DNA of 52,042 nt from contig JBFFUI010000012.1 in NCBI GenBank assembly GCA_041571435.1, positions 1 through 52,042 of the forward strand, given 5' to 3'. Below are positions 18,707 to 30,590 of the stretch, one piece after another (position 1 is the first letter of the stretch; every line of letters starts with the position of its first letter). This stretch comes from Sulfurimonadaceae bacterium (GTDB lineage Bacteria > Campylobacterota > Campylobacteria > Campylobacterales > Sulfurimonadaceae). The notes beneath the pieces are model-generated. The model was not told where the DNA came from and did no database searches. It saw nothing but the letters and a program-made list of their open reading frames with translations. The translations under genes and the position numbers were made by a program.

Positions 18707-19084
18707 CTAAATAGCCTCTTTAGTGTTATCAAACTGATAAATGACGCCCGACTCATACTCTTTTACCAACGTGGTAAAACACTCCGCTATCTCTTTTATG
18801 GTCTCAATGTTGGGCTCAATGTATATTTTATTTTTATGTTTAGTCATAGTGATGATCCCGGCGTCTTTTAACTCTTTTAGATGTCTGGAGATCGTAGGCA
18901 GTGCAAAGTCAAACTGTTCAGCTATACTCGTAACACACGTCGCCTGCGCAATAATGTCATCTTGAGGCTTTGTATTGTCAACAGAGCAGGCGTAACTGCC
19001 CGTAAATATGTTTTTGAATATCTTAAAACGGGTCTCATGCCCTAAAGCTTTAAATATTTTGACTTTATCATCCATCTCTAACAT
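18707..19084 (-). CDS. ArsR/SmtB family transcriptional regulator
   Basis: FKALGHETRFKI, PTISRHLKELKDAGII; three Cys residues. Confidence 0.92.
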   Translation of the reverse strand: MLEMDDKVKIFKALGHETRFKIFKNIFTGSYACSVDNTKPQDDIIAQATCVTSIAEQFDFALPTISRHLKELKDAGIITMTKHKNKIYIEPNIETIKEIAECFTTLVKEYESGVIYQFDNTKEAI

Positions 19085-19144
19085 TACATTTTTCCTTATG
19101 CACTTGACTTAATTTTGAAAATTATTATATCATAGCAGCATCTA

Positions 19145-19162
19145 TTTAGCGAATTAGCTAAA
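19145..19162. promoter_or_regulatory. Palindromic operator TTTAGC-N6-GCTAAA (putative ArsR site 2)
   Basis: Lies in the divergent arsR/DUF302 intergenic region; same motif as 18632-18651. Confidence 0.6.
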
Positions 19163-19179
19163 CACCTAAAAGGAATGTT

Positions 19180-19560
19180 TTGATATTTATACATGCGGCA
19201 AAATTTACATGTGAAGAGATTGAAGATAGGATAGAAGAGGAGGCAAAGGTTTATAGCTTGATGTTGAAAAAGCATTTTCCTTTTTCTAAAAATCTTCCGG
19301 AGAGCGGGTATGCGATCAAAGAACATGCCAGCGTATTTGAATTTTGCGATCCAACAGTCGCGGCAAAACTTTTAAATACCCAGCCTTCGCTCAATGTTTT
19401 AATGCCGTGCCGGATCTCTGTCTATGAAAAAGATGGCAGCTCATTTGTCTCAACACTGGACCTTAGTGTCATTTTAAAGTCCCTAGAGTGTGAAGATGAT
19501 TTAAAAGCAGAGATATTGGCTCTATATAACAAAATGCGTCTGCTTATAAAAAGATTCTAA
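19180..19560 (+). CDS. DUF302 domain protein
   Basis: FEFCDP..A..LL and LMPCRISVYEKDG motifs. Confidence 0.85.
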   Translation: MIFIHAAKFTCEEIEDRIEEEAKVYSLMLKKHFPFSKNLPESGYAIKEHASVFEFCDPTVAAKLLNTQPSLNVLMPCRISVYEKDGSSFVSTLDLSVILKSLECEDDLKAEILALYNKMRLLIKRF

Positions 19561-19703
19561 ATCTGGACGAATCTGGACAGAATGTCTTTCTACTGCTGCT
19601 TTAGAAGTCAGCGAATAAGCTTCATCGTTCGGGCTGAGCAAAACTATTCCTCTCCCTAAGCCAACTACGTATAGAATAAGAGAATAAAAGAGCAGGGAGT
19701 ACA

Positions 19704-21227
19704 ATGGAGTCGAGTTTTGCCACTTTGGATTGGATAATCTTTGTCTCCTATTTTGTTGTGCTTATTATCAGTTCTGTCCTTCTGAGCCGGACAAAGATAG
19801 AGAACTCCCGCGACTATTTTGTCGGCGGCAACGCCATGCCGATGTGGGCGGTGGCGGTCTCTGTTCTGGCAACGACGCAGTCGGCGGCTACGTTTCTCGG
19901 CGGCCCTGAATACGCCTTTCGCAACGATCTGACCTTCCTCGGCTTTTATCTTTCTGCCTTCTTGGGTGTCATTTTTGTCGCCAAAGTACTGATACCGCGC
20001 TTCTATGCGATCAACGCTGTCACGGTCTACGAACTGCTGGAGACGCGCTACGGCACACGTGCGAAACAAAATGCGGGTGTGATGTTTCTTGTCGGGCGTC
20101 TTTTCGCCAGCGGTGCCCGTCTCTATATCGGCGCTTTGGCGATCTCCATGATTTTATTTATGGACATTGCTGCGGTCCATGTCGCGACGTCGATCCTGAT
20201 CCTGGTTGTGAGTGCCTTGGCCTACACCTATTTCGGCGGGGTCAAGTCGGTGATCTACAGTGATGTCATTCAGGCCTTAACCTACATCTCTGCAGCGCTC
20301 ATCGTTCTCGTCTACCTCTACTATGCGCTTAACGCTGATTTTGCGACGATACTCCATACGCTTGCAGCCGATGATAAACTGCGACTGCTGGATTTTAAAG
20401 TGGACTTCTCTTCGGCAGGAAGTTTCAATGTCTGGGGATTGATGACAGGTTGGCTTCTGCTCAACATTGCCGCATACGGCCTTGATCAGGATATGACGCA
20501 GCGAGTGCTCTCCTGCAAGGACAAAAAAGAGGGCGAACGTGCCGTGGTTATCTCGGTATTGATGACGATCCCGGTTGTGGTGATCTTTATGCTTATCGGC
20601 CTGCTGCTCTATCTCTATTATGAGCATCCGGAACTGTCCGGTTTTAGCAACGGTGTCGACCAGCAGTTCGAAGGCCAGAAGATTACGATCCTGATGTATT
20701 ACATTCTCAACGAGATGCCCGAAGGACTGCGCGGTCTGGTAACCGTCGGTGCGATAGCGGCAGCACTCTCAAGCACCAACTCTGTCTTGGGCGCAATGTC
20801 GTCTGTCGCGGTCGAAGACCTTTATAAGCCGTGGAAACTCGCCCGGGCAAAAGTTGAGGCGTTCCATTTCGTTAAAGCCGGTAGGGTCGGTGTCCTTATC
20901 TTTGCACTGCTGCTCTCTTTAATGGCGATGGTCAGTTACTATTGGCAGCGCTATACGGACCTTCCTCTGCTCAGCTTCGCCCTGGGTGTGATGGCATTTG
21001 CCTATTCAGGACTGCTCGGTGTCTACTTCTCCGCTATTTTTACGCGGCGCGGCAGCGAGAAGAGCGTGCTGTTCGCACTTGTCGGCGGTTTTTTGACGGT
21101 GCTCTTTTTACAGCCCTACATCTTCGGTATGGTGAGCGACTACAAACTCGGATTCGCCTGGCAGATCGTAATCGGCACGGTCGTCTCTTTTGCGATTATG
21201 CAGTCTGCGAGAGGTAAGCATGGCTGA
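19704..21227 (+). CDS. Sodium:solute symporter (SSS family)
   Basis: DYFVGG, SAATFLGGP, YFGGVKSVIYSDVIQ, DQDMTQR, AAALSS. Confidence 0.92.
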   Translation: MESSFATLDWIIFVSYFVVLIISSVLLSRTKIENSRDYFVGGNAMPMWAVAVSVLATTQSAATFLGGPEYAFRNDLTFLGFYLSAFLGVIFVAKVLIPRFYAINAVTVYELLETRYGTRAKQNAGVMFLVGRLFASGARLYIGALAISMILFMDIAAVHVATSILILVVSALAYTYFGGVKSVIYSDVIQALTYISAALIVLVYLYYALNADFATILHTLAADDKLRLLDFKVDFSSAGSFNVWGLMTGWLLLNIAAYGLDQDMTQRVLSCKDKKEGERAVVISVLMTIPVVVIFMLIGLLLYLYYEHPELSGFSNGVDQQFEGQKITILMYYILNEMPEGLRGLVTVGAIAAALSSTNSVLGAMSSVAVEDLYKPWKLARAKVEAFHFVKAGRVGVLIFALLLSLMAMVSYYWQRYTDLPLLSFALGVMAFAYSGLLGVYFSAIFTRRGSEKSVLFALVGGFLTVLFLQPYIFGMVSDYKLGFAWQIVIGTVVSFAIMQSARGKHG

Positions 21228-22297
21228 ATTGTATATCGGGTTGATGTCGGGGACCAGTATGGACGGCGTGGATGTGGCACTCTGTGAAGTGAACAAGAAA
21301 AACTGCAGGCTGATAAGCTCGCTGGACTATCCGTTTGATAAAGGGTTGAAAGAGGAGATCCTTTTGATGATAAACGGTACGACGACACTGCTGCAGGTGG
21401 GTGAGATCAACCGTCGTCTGGCAGTGACTTTTGCTGTAGCGGTCAAGGCCTTGCTGGTACAAGAAGCGATAGAGTCTGAGCGTATCAGGGCCATAGGCTC
21501 ACACGGACAGACGCTGTGGCACAATCCTGATGGTGTGCACCCGTTTTCCATGCAGTTGGGTGATCCCAATGTCATCGCGGTCGAGACAGGTATAGACGTT
21601 GTCAGCGACTTTCGAAGTAAAGATATCGCCTTGGGCGGGGAAGGGGCCCCATTTGCGCCGGTGTTCCATCACTTCTTGTTCAACAGTGACGCTTTACGTG
21701 TTGGTGTGCTTAATATCGGCGGTATGGCCAACCTTTCTGTTCTGGGGGACGAGCTCATCGGGTTTGATACGGGGCCCGGTAATGTCCTGATGGATCTCTG
21801 GGTACATAAACAAAAGGACTTCGGATTTGACAGAGACGGACAGTGGGCGAAAAAGGGAAGTGTCGACAATGCACTGTTGCAAGAGCTGTTAAGCGACGGA
21901 TACTTTCAAAGAGAGGCGCCAAAAAGCACAGGCCGGGAGCTCTTTAACCTGACGTGGCTGGGCAAAGTCCTGCACAGTCACCGAACCGTCTCTTCGGTGG
22001 ATGTACAGGCCACACTGTTGGCCTTTACCGTGCACTCTATTGCCAATGATGTCGTCAAATATGGTATACAGCAGCTGCTGGTATGCGGCGGCGGTGTCAA
22101 AAACAGCTACCTGATGGAGCAGTTGGCGCTGGTGTTAGACGGGGTTGACGTCGCTACGACTGATGAACACGGAGTCAGCAGCGAACACATGGAAGCGATG
22201 ATCTTTGCCTGGCTCGCCTATAAGCGTATTCACCGCCAGAAGGTAGCGTTGAAAAGTGTCACCGGTGCAAAACGCAACAGTATATTGGGAGGTGTCT

Positions 22298-22311
<14 letters not shown>
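21220..22311 (+). CDS. anmK: Anhydro-N-acetylmuramic acid kinase
   Basis: GLMSGTSMDGVD, GSHGQT, GGEGAP, NIGGMAN, FDTGPGN, PKSTGRELF. Confidence 0.96.
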
Positions 22312-23922
<1,611 letters not shown>

Positions 23923-23966
23923 CTACAATATATAACGTTTTCCAACTAAAGTAGGAGGAGCTGTTT

Positions 23967-24377
23967 ATGAAAAGAACTGGTTTCAGCATGATAGAGCTGA
24001 TCTTTGTCATTGTTATTTTAGGAATTTTGGCAGCAGTGGCACTTCCAAAATTCGGTGGTGTTGCCGACCAGGCACATTCGAAAAAATGCAAAGCATTTGC
24101 TGATACGTTGAACCGGACAGTAGGCTCCGCCATGTGGTCGGAATCTATTTCATTAAATAATGGTGGCAGTATTGTAGCAATATCTGCAGACGATTTTATA
24201 AGTCCAGATAATATTCCGACCGAGTGCCTTGGCGGAAGTTCAGTGTTTGTCAGCGCTTCAGGTGTGCCGAATACGAACCTTGCAACGGTGACATTCGGCA
24301 CGACAGTTTATGATCTGAACTTCACGGACGGCAACCGTAGTGACTCTCCACGCTGGACATGGACAAAGCAGCCGTAA
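23967..24377 (+). CDS. Type IV pilin / T2SS pseudopilin-like protein
   Basis: Prepilin cleavage and methylation motif G/FSMIELIFVIVILGILAAVALP. Confidence 0.88.
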   Translation: MKRTGFSMIELIFVIVILGILAAVALPKFGGVADQAHSKKCKAFADTLNRTVGSAMWSESISLNNGGSIVAISADDFISPDNIPTECLGGSSVFVSASGVPNTNLATVTFGTTVYDLNFTDGNRSDSPRWTWTKQP

Positions 24378-24428
24378 GTTATCTTGAAAAGAGACTTGAA
24401 TTTGCCTCTTTGATGTAAAGGACATGTC

Positions 24429-24791
24429 ATGGTCAATGTAGAGTTTGATGAACAGAGCGGTATTGTCACCCTTATCCCAAGCGACAAACTGCGTGAAGAG
24501 GATTTTGCAAGTGTGGCCGAGATGGTCGACCCCTACATAGTAGAACATGGCAAACTTAACGGTCTAATCATCTACACAAAAACGTTCCCGGGCTGGGATG
24601 ATTTCTCTGCACTGATCACCCATATCAGGTTTGTTAAAGACCACCACAGGCATATTGATAAAGTAGCGCTGGTCTCCGATATGGTCATTCATGACTTTGC
24701 GACAAGGATCGCCAACCATTTTGTTAATGCCGAAGTGGCGAGTTTTGACTATAATGCTTTGGCTGATGCAAGAAAATGGATGTCAGGATAG
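24429..24791 (+). CDS. STAS/SEC14 (SpoIIAA-like) protein
   Basis: FPGWDDFSA, HHRHIDKVALVSD, ARKW. Confidence 0.85.
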   Translation: MVNVEFDEQSGIVTLIPSDKLREEDFASVAEMVDPYIVEHGKLNGLIIYTKTFPGWDDFSALITHIRFVKDHHRHIDKVALVSDMVIHDFATRIANHFVNAEVASFDYNALADARKWMSG

Positions 24792-24840
24792 TCTATAATC
24801 ACGCTCTTTGTATAAAGAGTGCCTACCACAAGGAGACCGC

Positions 24841-26265
24841 GTGAAACAATTCATCTATCTATGCTTATCGATACTCCTCTCAACTTCACTTTCAGCCAAC
24901 GACAATATTGAAGAATCCATCGTCAAGATCTTTACCGTCGCCAAGATACCGAGCTACATCACACCATGGAATAGCACTATCAATCGCTCACACGCTTCCG
25001 GTGCGATCATTGAAGGTAACAGAATACTGACCAATGCCCATGTCGTAGCCAATGAGACCTTTATCGAGGTCAAAAGATACGGTGAGACAAAACGTTATGA
25101 AGCCGAGGTAGAGTATATCTCTCATCAGGCTGACCTGGCTCTGTTGCGTGTCCGGGACAAAAGCTTTTTTGATGGGGTCAAGTGCTTGGCATTGGATGGT
25201 CTGCCTAGTATTCAGCAAAAGGTTGCTGTCTATGGTTTTCCCCGGGGCGGTAATAGTCTTAGTGTTACGACCGGAATCGTCTCAAGAATAGAGCATAACC
25301 GTTATGTGCATAGTAAAGAGGTCCTGATGTCGATCCAGATAGATGCAGCGATCAATCCCGGAAGCAGCGGCGGCCCTGCGATCAGTGAAGGTAAGATCGT
25401 AGGTGTTGTCATGCAGCAGATACCGAAGTTACAGAACATCGGATACCTGGTCCCGGTCGAGGTGATAAAACACTTTTTGGAAGATGTCAAAGACGGGAAG
25501 TATGACGGTTTTCCCCATCTTGGGATCACGACCGAACGGATGGAGAGCAAGGCACTGCGCAATGTGCACAAAATGGACGGATCGACCAGCGGTGTCTTGG
25601 TGATCGATATCTCTGAAAGGTCACCAGCATATGGTCTGTTGAAAAAAGGCGATGTGCTTCTGCGCATAGACGGCAACAAAATTGAAAATGACGGTACAGT
25701 AGAGTTCAGACACCATCAATTCACCTCATACAAATACTACATCGATCAGAAACAGATCGGCGATACGCTTGCGTTGCGATTGTTGAGAAACGGGAAAGAG
25801 AGCGAGGTCGAAGTGGTATTGGATCATGTGGCCGATGACCATCTGCTTGTCAACACGGTGGAGTATGATGTGGAACCCAAGTACTTCATCTACGGCGGGT
25901 ATGTCTTCAGCCCTCTAAGCCGAAACCTCCTGATGAAATCCAGTGCAACACTGTTGGAACTTAGGGAACTGGCCTCACAGTGGGCAACTGATGAGAGGGA
26001 AGAGGCCGTCATACTGCTGAAGGTACTCGCATCGGATACCAACAGGGGTGATCACATCTTTTCGCTCTGGACGGTCGATAAGATCAATGGACAGAAGTAC
26101 AAAAACTTTGATGAGTTCCTTGCGATCATCAAAAACTTTAAAGGGGAATACCTGATCCTTGAAGACAAAAAGGGTGTAACGATAGCGATAGACCGCAAAG
26201 AATCTGAACAGATCGAAGAGACGATCCTTAAAAGGTACAGTATTAAAGAGAGTCAACGGCTTTAA
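24841..26265 (+). CDS. S1C serine protease with PDZ domains (Deg2-like)
   Basis: Catalytic triad TNAHVV / DLA / INPGSSGGP; signal peptide after GTG 24841 with SD AGGAG. Confidence 0.9.
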   Translation: MKQFIYLCLSILLSTSLSANDNIEESIVKIFTVAKIPSYITPWNSTINRSHASGAIIEGNRILTNAHVVANETFIEVKRYGETKRYEAEVEYISHQADLALLRVRDKSFFDGVKCLALDGLPSIQQKVAVYGFPRGGNSLSVTTGIVSRIEHNRYVHSKEVLMSIQIDAAINPGSSGGPAISEGKIVGVVMQQIPKLQNIGYLVPVEVIKHFLEDVKDGKYDGFPHLGITTERMESKALRNVHKMDGSTSGVLVIDISERSPAYGLLKKGDVLLRIDGNKIENDGTVEFRHHQFTSYKYYIDQKQIGDTLALRLLRNGKESEVEVVLDHVADDHLLVNTVEYDVEPKYFIYGGYVFSPLSRNLLMKSSATLLELRELASQWATDEREEAVILLKVLASDTNRGDHIFSLWTVDKINGQKYKNFDEFLAIIKNFKGEYLILEDKKGVTIAIDRKESEQIEETILKRYSIKESQRL

Positions 26266-26368
26266 ATCTCCCGCCGCTAGACTTCAACTTCAATTAAAGA
26301 TACAGAGCAATAGTATTATAATAGATAAAAATGGAATTGTTTTCATATACTAGCAGCAAGGTCATACA

Positions 26369-27580
26369 ATGGAAGAGATGGAAAAGATAACCGCTTACAA
26401 AAGCAGCGCACTGAAGTGGAAGATCGCTGTTGGACTGACACTTCTGCTGTTAGGGGCAGGCGGCTATCTCTTTTTGATGCCGCAAGCGCCAAAAGAGGCT
26501 TATCGTTATGTGACACAGCCGCTTGAAAAAGGTGAACTGACCATGACGGTCTCCGCCACAGGCTACATCGAGCCGGTTGAAAATGTCGAGGTCGGTACAG
26601 AGGTGTCGGGAACGATCGTCAATGTCTATGCTGATTATAATGATGAGGTCAAGAAAGGTCAGATCCTTGCACAGCTTGACAAGACAAAATATCGCAGTGC
26701 ACTGGATAGGGCAGAAGGGTCGTTAAATGCGGCTAAAGCCTCATTGGAGACGGCGAATGCACAGTTGTATCAGGCCAATGCAACGGTTAAGCGCAATAGA
26801 GAACTGAAAAAGGCGACAGAAGGAAGACTCCCTTCGCAGAGCGACTGGGACCGTGACTGGGCAAGCTACCTGGTCGCCAAGGCAGAGGTTGAGAACGCCG
26901 CAGCTCAGATCGATCAGGCTGAACATTCCCTTGTATCAGCTAAGTATGATCTTCAGAAGACGACGATCTACTCACCCATAGACGGTACCGTTCTGGTCCG
27001 CAACATTGATCCGGGCCAGACGGTCGCCGCTTCGTTTCAGACACCTGTACTCTTCAAAATCGCCAAAGACCTGACCAAGATGGAACTGCAAGCCAGCATC
27101 GATGAAGCCGATATCGCAAAGGTCAAAGCGGGGCAAAGCGCGACATTCAGTGTCGATGCCTACGATGGACGAGTATTTGAAGCGAACGTGAGGCTGGTCC
27201 GTGTCAATTCAGAGATCGTAGACGGCGTCGTGACCTATAAAGCGGTGATGGAGGTCGACAATAAAGAGCTCCTGCTTAAACCGGGTATGAGTGCCGATGC
27301 TGACATCGTCACACGGACATTGAAGGATACATTTATCGTTCCGAAGGCGGCACTGCTTTACATACCGATAGAACCCAAAACGGAGAAGGTGTTTGGCTTT
27401 GGTGACAGAGAGAAGAAACGAGAGATTGATCCGAAACCACATGTGTGGGTACTGGAGAATGACGTGCCGAAAAAAGTACACATCAAAGTGCTGGGTAACA
27501 GCGGCGCTTTGACTGCTGTCTCCTCTGACGATCTGAGAGAGGGCGAAGCCCTCATCTTAACGCAGGAAAAACGGTTGTGA
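26369..27580 (+). CDS. MacA-like efflux periplasmic adaptor subunit
   Basis: VSATG, VKKGQILAQLD, IYSPIDG, GQTVAASFQTP. Confidence 0.9.
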   Translation: MEEMEKITAYKSSALKWKIAVGLTLLLLGAGGYLFLMPQAPKEAYRYVTQPLEKGELTMTVSATGYIEPVENVEVGTEVSGTIVNVYADYNDEVKKGQILAQLDKTKYRSALDRAEGSLNAAKASLETANAQLYQANATVKRNRELKKATEGRLPSQSDWDRDWASYLVAKAEVENAAAQIDQAEHSLVSAKYDLQKTTIYSPIDGTVLVRNIDPGQTVAASFQTPVLFKIAKDLTKMELQASIDEADIAKVKAGQSATFSVDAYDGRVFEANVRLVRVNSEIVDGVVTYKAVMEVDNKELLLKPGMSADADIVTRTLKDTFIVPKAALLYIPIEPKTEKVFGFGDREKKREIDPKPHVWVLENDVPKKVHIKVLGNSGALTAVSSDDLREGEALILTQEKRL

Positions 27581-28260
27581 TACAACTTTCGAAAGTGACC
27601 AAGACCTACGGCAGCGGCGAAGCAGCGACCAATGTCTTGAAAGCAGTCGATCTAGAGATTAAGAGCGGTGAGTTTGTAGCCATCATGGGACCCAGCGGAA
27701 GCGGGAAGTCGACCTTGCTGAACATTCTCGGTGCCTTGGATGTGGCCAGTGAAGGGGATTATAGGTTTTTTGATACGGAGATAGGGACCCTGTCAAAAGA
27801 CCAGCTTGCACTGTTTAGACGCTATGTCCTCGGCTTTGTCTTTCAGGGATTCAACCTTCTCAAAAAGACATCGGCGCTCGAAAATGTGGAGATGCCGTTG
27901 ATCTACCTCGGTATCAGGGCAAAAGAACGCAAACAGAGGGCACTTGAAGCGCTCAAAAGTGTCGGCCTTGAAGATCGTGTCAAATACGATCCTGGTGAAC
28001 TTTCCGGCGGTCAGCAGCAGCGTGTTGCCATTGCAAGGGCGATGGTTACTCGTCCCAAAGTGTTGATCGCGGATGAACCGACAGGTAACCTTGACTCCCA
28101 GCGTGGGCACGAGATCATGCAGTTGATCAAGGCCTACAACGAAGAGGGGGTTACGGTCATCATGGTAACGCATGAAAAGGATATCGCTGCGTATGCATCA
28201 CGTACGATCTTCCTGCGTGACGGTATGATCGAAAAAGAGAGTCATAACAATGCTGTTTAA
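27577..28260 (+). CDS. MacB-like ABC transporter ATP-binding protein
   Basis: [27 protein letters not shown]. Confidence 0.93.
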   Translation: MIQLSKVTKTYGSGEAATNVLKAVDLEIKSGEFVAIMGPSGSGKSTLLNILGALDVASEGDYRFFDTEIGTLSKDQLALFRRYVLGFVFQGFNLLKKTSALENVEMPLIYLGIRAKERKQRALEALKSVGLEDRVKYDPGELSGGQQQRVAIARAMVTRPKVLIADEPTGNLDSQRGHEIMQLIKAYNEEGVTVIMVTHEKDIAAYASRTIFLRDGMIEKESHNNAV

Positions 28261-29461
28261 CGCTTTTTTACAGGCATTGCGCGAGATAAAACGCAACCTT
28301 ATGCGCTCACTGTTGACCGCGATCGGGATTGTCATCGGGATCGCTTCGGTGATCGCAATGGTCAACATCGGAAAAGGGGCCAGTAGATCGATCACGGAAA
28401 GCGTCAGTTCGCTTGGAAGCAATACGCTCTATATCATGCCGGGACAACAACATGGCCCGGGAGGTGCCTCTTCGATTGTCAAGGCCTTCAAAGATAAGGA
28501 TGTCGATGTCATCAAGGAGTCTGTGTTGGTTTTGGATGCGGTTTCGCCGCATGAGAATGCCGCTCTTACGGTGTTGTATAAAGATAAGAACCATCAGACC
28601 AGTGTCAGAGGGGTGAACAATGACTACTTTGATGTACAGAAGTGGGCTTTAAAAGAGGGACGCATATTTGAAAGAAGCGAACTCAGGACGGGACATAATG
28701 TCTGCATTGTAGGCAAAACGGTTATACAGGAACTTTTCAACGAGGGTGAGTCTCCCGTAGGAACGAAGATCCGTCTTCGTAATTTTTCGTGCGAAGTCAT
28801 CGGTCTGCTTGAGACGAAAGGTGCAAACACCTTCGGGCAGGATCAAGACGACCTTGTTCTGGTTCCGATCAAGATGTTTCAGCGCCGCATCAGCGGCAAT
28901 GACAACATCCATCTGATAATGGCACTGGTCAAAGAGAACATCCCGCTTGAAGAGGCGAAGCTGCAGATAGAGCAGCTGATGCGTGAACGAAGGCACGTCA
29001 AGGCTGAACAGGAGGATAACTTCTCTGTGCGAAGCATGACTGCACTGGTCGATACGATCTCCAAGATAACCTCGGTACTGACCGTGATGTTAGGTGCAGT
29101 CGCGGCGATCTCTCTGGTTGTCGGGGGTATCGGCATCATGAATATTATGTTGGTCTCGGTGACAGAACGCACCAGAGAAATTGGGATCCGCATGGCAGTC
29201 GGCGCGATGGCGAAAGATATCTTGATCCAGTTTCTGATCGAAGCGGTTGTGCTTTCGGGACTGGGCGGTATTGTCGGTATCATACTGGGTATACTGATCA
29301 CCTTCGGTGTCTCTAACATGATGGATATCAATTTGATCATTGACCCGAGCATTACGATGGTCGCACTGATCTTCTCGATGCTGATCGGTATCGTTTTTGG
29401 GATCATCCCCGCGCGCAAAGCGGCCAATATGAATCCGATTGATGCGTTGCGGTACGAATAA
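28250..29461 (+). CDS. MacB-like ABC permease
   Basis: RSLLTAIGIVIG, GGIGIMNIMLVSVTERTREIG, PIDALRYE. Confidence 0.93.
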   Translation: MLFNAFLQALREIKRNLMRSLLTAIGIVIGIASVIAMVNIGKGASRSITESVSSLGSNTLYIMPGQQHGPGGASSIVKAFKDKDVDVIKESVLVLDAVSPHENAALTVLYKDKNHQTSVRGVNNDYFDVQKWALKEGRIFERSELRTGHNVCIVGKTVIQELFNEGESPVGTKIRLRNFSCEVIGLLETKGANTFGQDQDDLVLVPIKMFQRRISGNDNIHLIMALVKENIPLEEAKLQIEQLMRERRHVKAEQEDNFSVRSMTALVDTISKITSVLTVMLGAVAAISLVVGGIGIMNIMLVSVTERTREIGIRMAVGAMAKDILIQFLIEAVVLSGLGGIVGIILGILITFGVSNMMDINLIIDPSITMVALIFSMLIGIVFGIIPARKAANMNPIDALRYE

Positions 29462-29545
29462 AAGAAAGGAAAAAAATCTCTGAAGAGATGTTTGAGGTCT
29501 AAGAGGGCATAATAGTTGTAAATCATCTTATATCTGGAGGAACAC

Positions 29546-30586
29546 GTGATAAATCCGGCAGAGTGGTCATCGATAACTGTCATTTTTGCTTTCATATGCG
29601 CGGTGTTGGTTGTCGGATGGTTCGGAATACGGATGACTAAAACGGCACGTGACCTTGCCCGTGAGACAGGGATGGGTGAGGCACTGATGGGGGCCGTGTT
29701 CATCGGTGCGTCGACATCGCTTTCGGGTATCACGACTTCTGTAAGCGCTGCGGCATCAGGTTTCGCGGAGTTGGCTGTCAGCAACAGTCTCGGCGGTATC
29801 GCAGCGCAGACGGTCTTTTTGGCCATCGCCGACATTGCTTATCGCAAGGCGAACCTGGAACATGCCGCCGCTTCGGCGGAAAACCTCTTTATGTCGGCTT
29901 TGCTGATGACGTTGCTCAGTATCCACCTGCTGGGGATCGCCGTGCCAAATATGGCTGTATGGTCCGTTCACCCAGCCACTTTGGTGTTGATCAGTGTCTA
30001 TCTGCTCGGTATCCACCTTCTGGCCCGCACCCATAAGATGCCGATGTGGCTGCCAAGGCGAACACGTGATACCCGGACTGAGTTGCAACGCCAAGCACAT
30101 CGGGTCTCTAAAAACCTTACAGGGTTATGGAGCCGTTTCCTGATCTACTCTGCTATCGTTGCTACAGCGGGTTGGCTCCTTGCACAGCTTGCCGTGCCGC
30201 TTGTTGAGCGAACGGGACTCTCTTACGGTGTAGTCGGGGGGATCTTTACGGCTGTCTCTACCTCGATACCGGAACTGGTCGTTGCCGTCACTGCTGTGCG
30301 GATGGGTTCACTCAACCTTGCCGTAGGCGACATCGTCGGCGGCAACGCTTTCGATACACTCTTCATCGCTGCATCAGACATCGCTTTCCGTGGCGGGCCG
30401 ATCTATGCAGACATATCCTCCGCTGAACTCTTCTGGCTCGCCGACGCACTTGTGATGACCGGTGTGCTGTTGATGGGCCTTCTCTACCGTCAGCGTCATG
30501 GACCCGGTAACATTGGTCTGGAAAGTACGGCGCTTTTGGTACTCTATTTTGGCGGCGTGGCGCTGCTTGGATTTGGGATCGTATAG
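29546..30586 (+). CDS. Sodium:calcium antiporter (CaCA family)
   Basis: Alpha repeats GASTSLSG and STSIPEL, LAVGDIVGGN. Confidence 0.85.
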   Translation: MINPAEWSSITVIFAFICAVLVVGWFGIRMTKTARDLARETGMGEALMGAVFIGASTSLSGITTSVSAAASGFAELAVSNSLGGIAAQTVFLAIADIAYRKANLEHAAASAENLFMSALLMTLLSIHLLGIAVPNMAVWSVHPATLVLISVYLLGIHLLARTHKMPMWLPRRTRDTRTELQRQAHRVSKNLTGLWSRFLIYSAIVATAGWLLAQLAVPLVERTGLSYGVVGGIFTAVSTSIPELVVAVTAVRMGSLNLAVGDIVGGNAFDTLFIAASDIAFRGGPIYADISSAELFWLADALVMTGVLLMGLLYRQRHGPGNIGLESTALLVLYFGGVALLGFGIV

Positions 30587-30590
30587 AGCT

